A stretch of DNA of 35,468 bases from a virus. The DNA is taken from UHGV virus genome UHGV-0114740, one strand, 5' to 3'. Below are positions 17,702-26,965 of the stretch, piece after piece. The translations under genes were made by a program, and so were the position numbers. Position 1 is the first letter of the stretch. The number at the start of each line of letters is the position of its first letter. The notes under the pieces were generated by a model. It saw nothing but the letters and a program-made list of their open reading frames with translations, searched no databases and was not told the DNA's origin.

Positions 17702-18204
17702 CAGCACAACTCCGCAAAGATTCGCGGGCGGCACAGAATGTCAGAGATGGCCCAGCTCACATCACGCCACAAATCCGATGTCTGTATATCCAGAGCGTCC
17801 GCCCGGCGGTCGCCCTTGTCCGTTGTGTCTGCATCACGATAACGCTCCAGAATCAGGGCGCGCGTGGCGGTATAAACAGCATTGCGCCAGTGCCAGAGAT
17901 TGACGCTTTCTCCGTTAATTACGGGTGCCGGAACATCGGCCAGCGTCTGATGGCCAGCTGCCTGCTGTTCCTGCTGCCATGCTTCCAGCTCGCGGGTAAC
18001 GTGTGCCACAGCCCCGGTGGCAGTATGCAGCAGGCGGGAGGTGGTCACGCGGCCCGGCAGTCGTACCGCCAGACGCAGCTCGCGCAGCACAATATCCGGC
18101 CAGAATGCACCCGCTGAAATGCGGGTATCGCCATCATCGGTATCGGTGATGTCGTCCTCTGCGGGTCTGGGTTCAGTTCTGGCAACCATACTCATGGGGT
18201 TCAC
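17701..18204 (-). CDS. L: Head completion/stabilisation protein L
   Basis: 167 aa; size and position between M and X as in P2. Confidence 0.7.
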   Translation of the reverse strand: MNPMSMVARTEPRPAEDDITDTDDGDTRISAGAFWPDIVLRELRLAVRLPGRVTTSRLLHTATGAVAHVTRELEAWQQEQQAAGHQTLADVPAPVINGESVNLWHWRNAVYTATRALILERYRDADTTDKGDRRADALDIQTSDLWRDVSWAISDILCRPRIFAELC

Positions 18205-18297
18205 TCCTGAAAAAAATCGGGCGGTGGGTGCGCGGTGTAAACGGTCACGGAGTCAAACCGGAACACCGCGCACGCCGCCCGCTGACGGGGTCAGTCG

Positions 18298-19098
18298 TTA
18301 ACCGCGCTTCGCCTTCTGCGTCGCGGTGGTTTTTCGTGTTGCAGGCTTCCGCGTTGTCTTTTTACTTTTGCTGCTTTCGTCCTGCGTCTGCTGTGCGCTG
18401 GCGTCTTCTGGTGCGGCTGCGGAATCGGCTTTTTTCAGGGCGCGGGAAAGGGTTGCAATCTCGCGTTTCACACCTGCGTTCGGGTTCAGGTGCATTGCTT
18501 CGCGCAGCAGCTTCAGTGACAGGGCCATGCTGTCCGTATCACTCAGGCCACGGCGGGCAAAGGCGCACGCTTTGCATAATTTGGCGCGCACTTCGTCCGG
18601 CATGTCCTGGTCGGTGACAATCTCCCGGAGGGTGTCCAGTGGTTCGATAAAGGCGGACAAATCCGCGTCGGCATCCGTCCCGGCCTGCGTCAGTACCGGA
18701 TTACAGATTTCTTCGGTCAGTACCGTGGCAGCAGTACGTCCAAAGTTATCCGGCATGATGAGGTTGTGACGGACCACATATGCACCAATACGCAGCGCCA
18801 GCGGAAGATCGCCGCAGTCAATCGCCCAGACCATCAGCGTGGCAATCACTTCATCCTGCTGCCCGCCGTCAGCCTCCAGCGTTCCCTCAATCCAGCCGGA
18901 AAAGTCCGGCAATAACTCTTTTTTGATGGCGGCTTTCGCGCTTCTGGCCTGTACGCCCTTAAGCCGGGCCTGTGCCAGACGCAGACGATACAGCACCTCT
19001 TCATGCGCGGTACGCGCGGCGTGGTCCACGCCTTCATTCGCCCGGCCTGCGCGCTGTGCCATCACGTTCTGCCAGTGTTGCTGTGCAGGAGTAATCAT
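18298..19098 (-). CDS. M: Terminase endonuclease (small) subunit M
   Basis: 266 aa with basic C-terminal tail; position between N and L as in P2. Confidence 0.75.
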   Translation of the reverse strand: MITPAQQHWQNVMAQRAGRANEGVDHAARTAHEEVLYRLRLAQARLKGVQARSAKAAIKKELLPDFSGWIEGTLEADGGQQDEVIATLMVWAIDCGDLPLALRIGAYVVRHNLIMPDNFGRTAATVLTEEICNPVLTQAGTDADADLSAFIEPLDTLREIVTDQDMPDEVRAKLCKACAFARRGLSDTDSMALSLKLLREAMHLNPNAGVKREIATLSRALKKADSAAAPEDASAQQTQDESSKSKKTTRKPATRKTTATQKAKRG

Positions 19099-19143
19099 TT
19101 TTTCTCTCCGTTACAGGCGGGCATGATGCCCGCCGTGAGGTGA

Positions 19144-20196
19144 TTAGCTGTCGGCGAACTTCAGGCCAGTGACCATCGCGCACTTGCCATAGTCTTCAAC
19201 GACATAAGCGTCATTGATGGACTGGTAGGTGGCGATGCGGTTGTATTCCGGCTCGTCTTTCATCAGGCGACGCATTGTTCCTTTCTGCCAGTAAATTGAC
19301 AGGTTGTTGAACGAGGTGATCAGCATCGTTGCATCCGGGAAGAACGGCGCAAGGAATACATCCAGCCCGCCAATGGCGCGCGATGACAGGATGAGCTGTC
19401 CGGCAAGTAATTCCGCATTGGGATTCTGGCCGCTGATGCTGTTCAGCACGGGCAGACGCAGCGAGTTAAACAGGTTGCGCCCCATAATCACCACGAGGTC
19501 GTCAGCTTCCTTGTGCCATTCATCCAGCAGGGATGAGCGCGCGTCCTGTACCAGTGCATCAGCGTTCGCATATTTACCCGCGTGCGCCACGGTGTTGTCC
19601 ATGTTGCGGGAGGTCAGCGTTACATCATTCATAACGCGCTCGCTGGCGTCGGTTCTGATGTGCTCCAGCCATCCCACGTTAACGTCCTGAAGCAGCTTGT
19701 TAGTGCTGAAGTTGGACTCATCTGCGTGAGACGTGCCGTTGAAACCGATCATGATGCGGTCAAGCGCCACCTGCCGGGCAATCTGTGTGCTGACGCGGGA
19801 CTGAAAATCAGGGTGTGCCGCCCAGGCATCAAGCTGCGGATACGAAATAAACGTGTCGTAGTTCACCTGTTCGCACTGGTATTTGCGGTTTTTCAGATCA
19901 ACCACGTTATTCGGGTTACGGCGTTTTGTGCCGTCATAACTGGTATTCGTGCGCGCAATCGGCCCGGTGGTGTCCAGGAGGATTTTTTCGCCTTTCTGGT
20001 CAGTCACACCGAACACGTTAATTTTTTTTGTAAATTCAGTGCTCTCCTTTACTGCGTTTTCAAAACGCTGCTGCACCGAGGGTTCTACGGTAAATCGCGA
20101 TACCAGTGCAGATACCGGGATATTGTTAAGCGACGCCTGCTGCGCCATATAGCAACCCAGCTTGTTGCGGGTAATATCTGACATCACCAGATTCAT
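19144..20196 (-). CDS. N: Major capsid protein N
   Basis: Translation aligns by eye with P2 gpN (FTVEPSV, IMIGFNG, LQDVNVGWL, DLVVIMGR, YFPDATMLIT, NLSIYW, YVVEDY). Confidence 0.9.
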   Translation of the reverse strand: MNLVMSDITRNKLGCYMAQQASLNNIPVSALVSRFTVEPSVQQRFENAVKESTEFTKKINVFGVTDQKGEKILLDTTGPIARTNTSYDGTKRRNPNNVVDLKNRKYQCEQVNYDTFISYPQLDAWAAHPDFQSRVSTQIARQVALDRIMIGFNGTSHADESNFSTNKLLQDVNVGWLEHIRTDASERVMNDVTLTSRNMDNTVAHAGKYANADALVQDARSSLLDEWHKEADDLVVIMGRNLFNSLRLPVLNSISGQNPNAELLAGQLILSSRAIGGLDVFLAPFFPDATMLITSFNNLSIYWQKGTMRRLMKDEPEYNRIATYQSINDAYVVEDYGKCAMVTGLKFADS

Positions 20197-20218
20197 AAAA
20201 ATTTGCTCCTTTGTCTTA

Positions 20219-21088
20219 TCAGAAGTCAGCCAGCTGGTCGGAGGCTGCGCCCGTTGCGGTGAAGCGGTTCTGCGGATCGCCGTCCTGCGTGCGCAGTTTT
20301 TCCTTCAGTGCTGTCAGCTCTGTGGTCAGTGACGTGATTTTCTGGCGGTCCTGCTGATGGCGGGTTTCCAGCACATTAAAACGGTCGATAATGTCGGCCT
20401 GTGACGTTGCGACGCCTTCCACCGCTTCCTGAATACGGGAGAAACTGGCGTCATCCGCTTTGCGGCCACGACCAATAATCCCCATTACGCGGTTAAACCA
20501 CTGGGTGCCTTCTTCCTGGCGTTGTTCTGCCATTTCGATGATTTCAGACTCGATGGCTTCGGAAATGAGCGGTGCTTCACCCTGGACACTGTTGAACGTC
20601 ATCACCGCCTGACGTTGCTGTGCCGTGAATTTCAGGCGCTCAGTGCCCAGGCTTGCCGGGGTGTCGGTCATCGCCAGCCCGACCAGATAGGCGCGCCCGT
20701 TAACGGAGAACTGCGGGTGCAGTTCGATACTGGAATAGATTTTCTTGCCGTCCGCGACAAGCTGCTTCATGCGCTCGGTCGGTTCGATTTCTGCATACAG
20801 CGCAGTACGTCCGGCCAGCGGACCTTCCGTAATGTCTTCCGTACTCAGTGCGGTGACATCGCCCATTGCGGAAAATTCGCTTGACGGGCATGGCGAGAGA
20901 TAGTGCTCAACGTTCACGCGGGCAGCGTAAACATCCGGGTTGAAGTTCTCGGCGGCTTCACGCAGATGCACCGGACTGATTTCACGGCCATCAACAGTTG
21001 ATCCGGAGACAGCCACGCGAAACTTTTTGCGGGATGTCTTTTTTTCATTAGCCATAGTTTTTGCCCCTCTGACTGGTTCTTCAGTCAT
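20219..21088 (-). CDS. O: Capsid scaffolding protein O
   Basis: 289 aa, acidic/coiled-coil C-terminus; upstream of N and divergent from P, as in P2. Confidence 0.8.
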   Translation of the reverse strand: MTEEPVRGAKTMANEKKTSRKKFRVAVSGSTVDGREISPVHLREAAENFNPDVYAARVNVEHYLSPCPSSEFSAMGDVTALSTEDITEGPLAGRTALYAEIEPTERMKQLVADGKKIYSSIELHPQFSVNGRAYLVGLAMTDTPASLGTERLKFTAQQRQAVMTFNSVQGEAPLISEAIESEIIEMAEQRQEEGTQWFNRVMGIIGRGRKADDASFSRIQEAVEGVATSQADIIDRFNVLETRHQQDRQKITSLTTELTALKEKLRTQDGDPQNRFTATGAASDQLADF

Positions 21089-21209
21089 GATGGCAAAGCG
21101 TAACAGGCTGATACAAAGGGCTTTTGTTGTAAGAAAACGGCCAGAACAGGGGGTTAAGGAGAACGGTTTCGCGCGCGGGTAATCTTCCTGTAATTACTCA
21201 GGGGGAGCA

Positions 21210-22961
21210 ATGATTCAGGACGCTTTTGTGCGCCAGCGTGCGCGGCAACTTTACTGGCAGGGTTATCCGCCCGCAGAAATATCACGTCTGATGGGAATAA
21301 ACCCGAACACGATTTATGCGTGGAAAAAACGCGACCAGTGGGATGAAACGCCACCCGTGCAGCGTGTCACGCAGTCCATCGATGCGCGCCTCATCCAGCT
21401 TACTGAAAAACAGAATAAAACAGGTGGTGACTTTAAGGAAATAGACCTGCTGACCCGGCAGCTTAAAAAACTGCATGATGGCCAGCCGGATGCGACGGCC
21501 ACAGGAAAGAAAGGCCGGGCGAAAAAACTTAAAAATCATTTCACGCCGGAGCAGATTGCCGCACTGCGGGAAAAAATCATCAGCAGGCTGGAGTGGCATC
21601 AGCGGGGCTGGTTTGACTCCCTGACCCTTTGCAGGGAAGCCGGGATACGTAACAGGATGATCCTGAAATCCCGACAGATTGGGGCGACCTGGTATTTTGC
21701 ACAGGAAGCACTGCTGATGGCGCTGTGTGACGATGTGGCACAACCTTACCAGCGTAACCAGATTTTTTTGTCTGCGTCGCGTCGTCAGGCGTTCCAGTTT
21801 AAAAGCATTATTCAGAAGGCCGCGGCTGAAGTTGATGTGGAGCTGAAAGGGGGCGATAAAATCATCCTCTCCAACGGCGCAGAACTGCATTTTCTCGGTA
21901 CTTCTGCTGCGACGGCACAGTCCTACACAGGCAATTTTTATTTTGATGAATTTTTCTGGGTCAGTCGCTTTGCTGAACTGCGCAAGGTGGCTGGCGCTAT
22001 GGCAACCCTCAGCGGACTGCGGCGCACCTACTTCTCCACGCCATCCACCGAAACGCACGAGGCATACGTCTATTGGAACGGCGACCGCTGGAACGAGAAA
22101 AAGGCCGCGCATAAACGCCAGCGTTTTTCTGTGGACTGGAAAACCCTGCATAACGGGCTTATCTGCCCCGACCGGACGTGGCGGCAAATTGTCACGCTGG
22201 AAGATGTGGTTAATCACGGCTGGAAACACACCGATATTGATGAAATTCGTGATGAAAACACCGAAGACGAGTTCCGCAATCTCTATATGTGTGAGTTTGT
22301 CCGCGAAGGGGAATCGGCATTTAACCTGAATATCCTGATTGGCTGCGGTGTTGATGGATACGACGACTGGAAAGACTGGAAACCTTTTGCTCCCCGCCCG
22401 ATGGGGAATCGTCCGGTATGGATTGGGTATGACGCAAACGGCAGCAGTGGCAACGGCGACAGCGGCGCTGTGTCCGTGGTGGTTCCTCCGGCTGTTCCTG
22501 GTGGCCGTTTTCGAACGGTGGAGACGCGACGCGTTCAGGGGCTGGAGTTTGAAGAACAGGCCAGAGTCATTGAAGAGTTCACGTATCGCTACAACGTGGA
22601 ACACATCGGCATTGATGTGACGGGCGGGAACGGGGAGGCTGTTTATCAGATAGTGAAACGGTTTTTCCCTGCAGCTATTCCGTACACCTTCACCCTGTCA
22701 TCAAAACGGTCGCTGGTACTGAAAATGCTGCAAATAATGCGTGCCGGGCGGTGGGAATACGATCGCGCCGAACGCGAGCTGGTCGCGGCCTTTAACGCCG
22801 TGCGTAAGGTGAAAACACCGGGCGGCTTTATCACTTACGAAACGGACCGTGCGAGGGGGATCAGCCACGGCGACCTTGCGTGGGCAACCATGCTTGCTGT
22901 CATTAACGAACCGATTGGCGGCGAAGGAGAAAACGAGCGTTTCACGGTTATGGAGTTCTGA
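21210..22961 (+). CDS. P: Terminase ATPase (large) subunit P
   Basis: 583 aa; N-terminal HTH-like segment; size and position as P2 gpP. Confidence 0.85.
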   Translation: MIQDAFVRQRARQLYWQGYPPAEISRLMGINPNTIYAWKKRDQWDETPPVQRVTQSIDARLIQLTEKQNKTGGDFKEIDLLTRQLKKLHDGQPDATATGKKGRAKKLKNHFTPEQIAALREKIISRLEWHQRGWFDSLTLCREAGIRNRMILKSRQIGATWYFAQEALLMALCDDVAQPYQRNQIFLSASRRQAFQFKSIIQKAAAEVDVELKGGDKIILSNGAELHFLGTSAATAQSYTGNFYFDEFFWVSRFAELRKVAGAMATLSGLRRTYFSTPSTETHEAYVYWNGDRWNEKKAAHKRQRFSVDWKTLHNGLICPDRTWRQIVTLEDVVNHGWKHTDIDEIRDENTEDEFRNLYMCEFVREGESAFNLNILIGCGVDGYDDWKDWKPFAPRPMGNRPVWIGYDANGSSGNGDSGAVSVVVPPAVPGGRFRTVETRRVQGLEFEEQARVIEEFTYRYNVEHIGIDVTGGNGEAVYQIVKRFFPAAIPYTFTLSSKRSLVLKMLQIMRAGRWEYDRAERELVAAFNAVRKVKTPGGFITYETDRARGISHGDLAWATMLAVINEPIGGEGENERFTVMEF

Positions 22962-24007
22962 TGAGCAGAAAAAATAAAAAATTGCGCATGAGTTCACGCA
23001 TTGATCTCGCTGATGCGCTCAGGAAAGAATCGTCGCTCAGTGCATTCACATTTGATGGTCCTTACCGCCTGACCGGGCATGACCTGCTGGACAATATGTA
23101 CTGTGCTGATAACGGTCGGTGGTATGAAACCCCGGTGGACTGGTACGGTCTGGCAAGAGCTGCCCGGCAAACGTCCTGGCATCAGTCTGCGCTTTACTTT
23201 AAGCGCAATGTATTACTCGGTTGCTACATCCCGCACCCGCTGCTTTCCCGGCAGGATTTCTCGGCGCTGGCGCTGGACTGGTTTGTGTTCGGTAACGCAT
23301 TCCTTGAGCTTCGGAGCAATATGCTCGGCGAACCGCTTAAATTACGGCACGCCCTGGCGAAATACATGCGACGCGGAAGCGATCTTGAATCATGGTGGTA
23401 TGTGCAGGATGGTAAGGACGCGTTTCAGTTTCGCCCTGGCAAAGTGTGCCACCTGATGAATCCTGACATTAACCAGGAAATCTACGGCATGCCGGAATAT
23501 CTCGGCGCATTACTCTCGGCCAGCCTGTCTCATTCGGCGGACATGTTCAGAAAACTGTATTACGACAACGGATCCCACGCCGGGTGCATCATCTACATCG
23601 GTGCAGCGCAGGTAAACCGCGAAAGCATGGACTCCCTGAAAGAAACGCTACAGGGTGCACGTGGTGGTGGTGCGTTTAAAAATGTGCTCATTCATGCGCC
23701 CAACGGGGGCAAAGAGGGAGTGCAAATTTTACCGTTCCAGCAGATCACCGCAAAGGATGAGTTCATGAATGTTAAGGCGGCATCCCGTGATGATGTGCTG
23801 GCTGCGCACCGCGTTCCGCCGCAACTGATGGGGGCGATGCCGGGCGAAAAAAGTGCGTTTGGCGATGTGGAGAAGGCTGCGCGGGTTTACGCAATTAACG
23901 AGCTGATGCCTGTCATGGAGGCCATGAAGCACATCAATGACTGGCTTGGCGAAGAGGTGATCCGCTTTAACCCTTACGCACTGTTAGACACCCAGCCCAC
24001 ATCCTGA
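22961..24007 (+). CDS. Q: Portal (capsid vertex) protein Q
   Basis: 348 aa directly after P with ATGA overlap; size and position as P2 gpQ. Confidence 0.85.
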   Translation: MSRKNKKLRMSSRIDLADALRKESSLSAFTFDGPYRLTGHDLLDNMYCADNGRWYETPVDWYGLARAARQTSWHQSALYFKRNVLLGCYIPHPLLSRQDFSALALDWFVFGNAFLELRSNMLGEPLKLRHALAKYMRRGSDLESWWYVQDGKDAFQFRPGKVCHLMNPDINQEIYGMPEYLGALLSASLSHSADMFRKLYYDNGSHAGCIIYIGAAQVNRESMDSLKETLQGARGGGAFKNVLIHAPNGGKEGVQILPFQQITAKDEFMNVKAASRDDVLAAHRVPPQLMGAMPGEKSAFGDVEKAARVYAINELMPVMEAMKHINDWLGEEVIRFNPYALLDTQPTS

Positions 24008-24034
24008 CGCGCTTCGCTTGTCTGCTGCTTCGCC

Positions 24035-24057
24035 GGGGCATAAAAAATTTATGCCCC
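24035..24057. other. Perfect 10-bp-stem hairpin GGGGCATAAA aaa TTTATGCCCC just 3' of Q
   Basis: Seen in sequence 28 nt after the Q stop; no flanking U-tract, so either a weak terminator or a protein-binding palindrome. Confidence 0.4.
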
Positions 24058-24333
24058 GACTCTCCAGCTCCTGTATCAATCAGATAATTTCACGATGCTT
24101 TTCTGCTGATTGCCATCATCGACAGTCAGACTCTTACGCAATCCCACCGCGTTGACTGCATGTTCTCGCCGTCTCAGTGCGATTTTGACGGCCTTACCTA
24201 AATCAAAAGCCCTCACGTCTTTTTCACGCTCAGCGTGAGAAATACAGCCATTCTGTTGTATCTCTGCGACATCGTTCAGGGAATGCTATTTACCCCCTGA
24301 AACGCGGGCTGTTCCCCCGTCACCTGCGCGCAG

Positions 24334-24472
24334 AAAAAACGCGTTTTTTTGTGCACGCACGGATCCTTGACGGATCCAGCCGCCACGGGGGCTGGAAGGG
24401 CAAAAAGTCGTTCAAAAAAATTGTGCAAATTTGTGCACTATTGTGCAGCAGGGCGATGCGCGATTATCGCCC
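24334..24472. repeat. Repeat cluster in the putative cos/packaging region: 16-bp perfect palindrome AAAAAACGCGTTTTTT, four TTGTGCA copies (three phased at 10 bp), palindrome GGGCGAT-n8-ATCGCCC
   Basis: Palindrome at 24334..24349; TTGTGCA at 24349, 24421, 24431, 24441; palindrome at 24451..24472. In P2, cos lies next to Q. The exact cos cleavage site was not identified. Confidence 0.4.
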
Positions 24473-24486
24473 TGGTTTGAGGGGGA

Positions 24487-25077
24487 TCAGGTGTTATTTT
24501 TATCTGTCGTCAGTGGGCTAAACCATCCACAATTTACATCGCAGGACTGATGCGTTCTGTCCTCGTGTTTCTCCTGCCACAATGCTTTTCCGCCAGCCTT
24601 TATGATGGCTCTTTCAACATCCCGCTCGTATCGCAAGGGCTGAAATACGTTATTAATGAAATATTCGCTTATGTCCGGAAGCAATACTGCAAAATTATTG
24701 GTTTGTTGCGCCGTTCGGCTATGCAGCAAAGCGGCGTACTTTAATGCGTCCTGTGCTTTCTGGAATTTAAGTGCATAGTCAGTGGCGATTTTTTCCAGTT
24801 CAGCGATTCGGTTGTCTTTAGTTTCCAGCCAATCAAGTAGCGCCAATACTTCAGGATCCCCGACATCCAACACTGTTACGCGTGATTTTTCATAATGTTC
24901 GTCGGCAAGAGTTCGACCAATTTTGAAATCTCCATCATCACCATAACCGGAGCAGGCATAAACAACCTGTGCTCCAGATATTCGCTGAATTGACATTTCC
25001 TCGCCGCAAATAGGGCATTTCGGTACTGGCACAGGTGAATAACGTTCGCGTAATGCCTGATAGTCAATCTTGCTCAC
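24487..25077 (-). CDS. Hypothetical protein (196 aa) in the tin/old-position cargo locus; possible Zn-ribbon
   Basis: GTG start with strong SD AAGGAGG; N-terminal CPICGEE...YACSGYG, acidic coiled-coil middle, C-terminal CDVNCGW. The N-terminus MSKIDYQALRE faintly recalls Ead/Ea22-like phage proteins; no confident family. Confidence 0.6.
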   Translation of the reverse strand: MSKIDYQALRERYSPVPVPKCPICGEEMSIQRISGAQVVYACSGYGDDGDFKIGRTLADEHYEKSRVTVLDVGDPEVLALLDWLETKDNRIAELEKIATDYALKFQKAQDALKYAALLHSRTAQQTNNFAVLLPDISEYFINNVFQPLRYERDVERAIIKAGGKALWQEKHEDRTHQSCDVNCGWFSPLTTDKNNT

Positions 25078-25109
25078 TGGTTGCCTCCTTTGTGTTGCGC
25101 CAGCTCTTC

Positions 25110-25598
25110 CTACGCCTGCATCATGCGATTGACCTGAACGCGTGTGCGTCGAACGGCAAAATTAAATTGAAACATGAGCCGGAACATTTCTGAGGCTTCC
25201 GTGTGAGCATCATGGAGAGGTGACAGGCGGTACAGTTCTGCCTCCGTAGCTTGTTGAATCAATGACAGATCAAATTGAAGTGCGGGTCTGGTACATTTTG
25301 CACATCTGGCAGCAAGCTCCGGCATCAGTTTCTTAACGAAGGTGTTTTGCACCGCTTTGTTGAGTTGTGTCTGCATCCAAATCGCAAATTTCAGCGAACG
25401 CATAAGTTTGATAGCCTCGGGCAGCGGCAGATAGATCATGCTGGTAGATTTGGGTGGTTGATGAATCATCTTCACGGATACGCGATTTCGCAGCGTTCGG
25501 AAAATCGTGTTCCCAACAACAGCCTCTACGGATACAGGACAGGGAGCCAGACCAGCCCGCAGTGCTTCTTTCATTAGCATGTATTCGTATTTTTTCAT
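25110..25598 (-). CDS. Hypothetical protein (162 aa) in the tin/old-position cargo locus
   Basis: ATG with SD GAGGA; no recognisable motif; co-oriented with and 32 bp upstream of the 196-aa gene. Confidence 0.6.
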   Translation of the reverse strand: MKKYEYMLMKEALRAGLAPCPVSVEAVVGNTIFRTLRNRVSVKMIHQPPKSTSMIYLPLPEAIKLMRSLKFAIWMQTQLNKAVQNTFVKKLMPELAARCAKCTRPALQFDLSLIQQATEAELYRLSPLHDAHTEASEMFRLMFQFNFAVRRTRVQVNRMMQA

Positions 25599-25658
25599 CG
25601 TGTTTTCCTCGTGCGGGGCGACAGTGCACCCCGATAAAATTAAAAGCCGTCAAATTCG

Positions 25659-25970
25659 TCATTCAGGAAATAATGCCCGGATATTCCCTGCCATCTGACT
25701 GGTTATCTGTGCGGTTGGTACTGGCTGTGACACGGGGCGTTCTGTCCTGGTTTGTGTCACCGATAACGCCTCATCGTCAGCCCATGCAGCCAGTCGGTAA
25801 GCCTCTGCCGGATTCATTTTCAGAAGTGCCAGCCCGGCCAAAAAAGCCACGCGTTGGCCGCTTTTGCGGGCTTCTGGTGTAAGGCTGTCCAGCCAGGCAC
25901 ATGCTTCGCCTTCGTTCTTGACGGCGGCGGGCTTCAGATAGAAACTTATCCGTCTGGTTGGTGTCGTCAT
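25659..25970 (-). CDS. parR: ParR/StbB-like partition adaptor protein
   Basis: Start at internal Met (MTTPTRRISFYLKPA...) with SD AAGGAG, 4 nt after the parM stop. RRISFYLKP...LDSLTP..ARKSGQRVAFLAGLALL parallels plasmid R1 ParR (RRTIAFKLNP...LDSIPQGERSRLNRAALTAGLALY). Confidence 0.7.
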   Translation of the reverse strand: MTTPTRRISFYLKPAAVKNEGEACAWLDSLTPEARKSGQRVAFLAGLALLKMNPAEAYRLAAWADDEALSVTQTRTERPVSQPVPTAQITSQMAGNIRALFPE

Positions 25971-25974
25971 TGGT

Positions 25975-26934
25975 TTACTCCTTGTCCATTGCGTACAGCC
26001 CATTAACCAGAGCAAACTGTGGCACCCCGTCCGCGATGAAAGTCGCATTAACTCCGCAGGCTTCGCGGATAGCGGGTGCCACAATCTCCGCCCCTCCACC
26101 GACAACCATCACCCGCCCGTAACCCGAAAAACCCGCCAGCGCGCGGATCACGCGTTGTTTCAGTGTTTCTTCCTTTTCACGAATAACCGCCATCAGGCTG
26201 TCGTAATGCGCGTCATTGTGGATGTGCTGGCGCAGCCAGGCTTCATCATGGCGATGTTCGATAATGGTATTGGCGATGTGGTGACTGGTACGCATACCGT
26301 TAGTGGCCATCACCGACAGTACGGCATCGGCCATCAGGGAAACGCCTACGTGTGGATCGCAAAACACCTGGCTGATACCTGCCAGTTGTCCCTGAACCTT
26401 TGCCACATCCAGCGTGGTTCCGCCTAAATCCACAATCAGCAGGGATTCAAACGGACTCATGTCAGCCAGTGCTTTAAAGCCAGCCGGAATGGATTCAGGC
26501 ATAACCCGTACGTTACGGATAGTGAATGCTTCGCCGTTCTGGTACTCCACCGGGCGCATGACGTTCGCTTTTTTGCGGTTGATGTTGGCCATGTCCGGCT
26601 GTGCGTTTGTGTCGAAATACTCGCTCAGTGGTAGGGTGACAACCACATCCACTTCCTGTGGTGTGATGCCTGATTTGACCAGTGCGTGATGAATGGCAAC
26701 GACATTCACATCGCTGTACTGGTACTGCGTGTCGGTCGTCTGGACAAAGCGATCGCTGACCGGATCAAAGCCATAGCGCACGCCATCAAGCATGTAGTTC
26801 GCGGGCTGCGTGCCACCGAACGGCGCAGACCATTCCGACTTGAAGCTGTTCGGGCTGATGGCGTTGCGGCGTTCGCCGTTCTCAGTCCATGCCAGCTTGA
26901 TGTTGGTGGAGCCGTCGTCGATACAAATTTTCAT
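25975..26934 (-). CDS. parM: ParM/StbA-like actin-family partition ATPase
   Basis: MKICIDDGSTNIKLAW, ISPNSFKSEW, YSDVNVVAIHHAL, VMPESIPAG, LLIVDLGGTTLD, VMVVGGGAE, LVNGLY all parallel plasmid R1 ParM blocks. Confidence 0.85.
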   Translation of the reverse strand: MKICIDDGSTNIKLAWTENGERRNAISPNSFKSEWSAPFGGTQPANYMLDGVRYGFDPVSDRFVQTTDTQYQYSDVNVVAIHHALVKSGITPQEVDVVVTLPLSEYFDTNAQPDMANINRKKANVMRPVEYQNGEAFTIRNVRVMPESIPAGFKALADMSPFESLLIVDLGGTTLDVAKVQGQLAGISQVFCDPHVGVSLMADAVLSVMATNGMRTSHHIANTIIEHRHDEAWLRQHIHNDAHYDSLMAVIREKEETLKQRVIRALAGFSGYGRVMVVGGGAEIVAPAIREACGVNATFIADGVPQFALVNGLYAMDKE

Positions 26935-26965
26935 GTCGCTTTTCCTTATGTTGATTAATTAATCG

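Noticed and set aside
21282-22604. 440-aa minus-strand ORF overlapping the terminase large subunit gene
   Set aside because: Antisense to P, which has clear homology support; no SD and no recognisable domain.
24008-24486. Exact cos cleavage site
   Set aside because: The 19-nt cohesive-end sequence I recall for P2/186 (GGCG.GGCGGGGAAAGCA.) is not present; only the region, not the site, is proposed.
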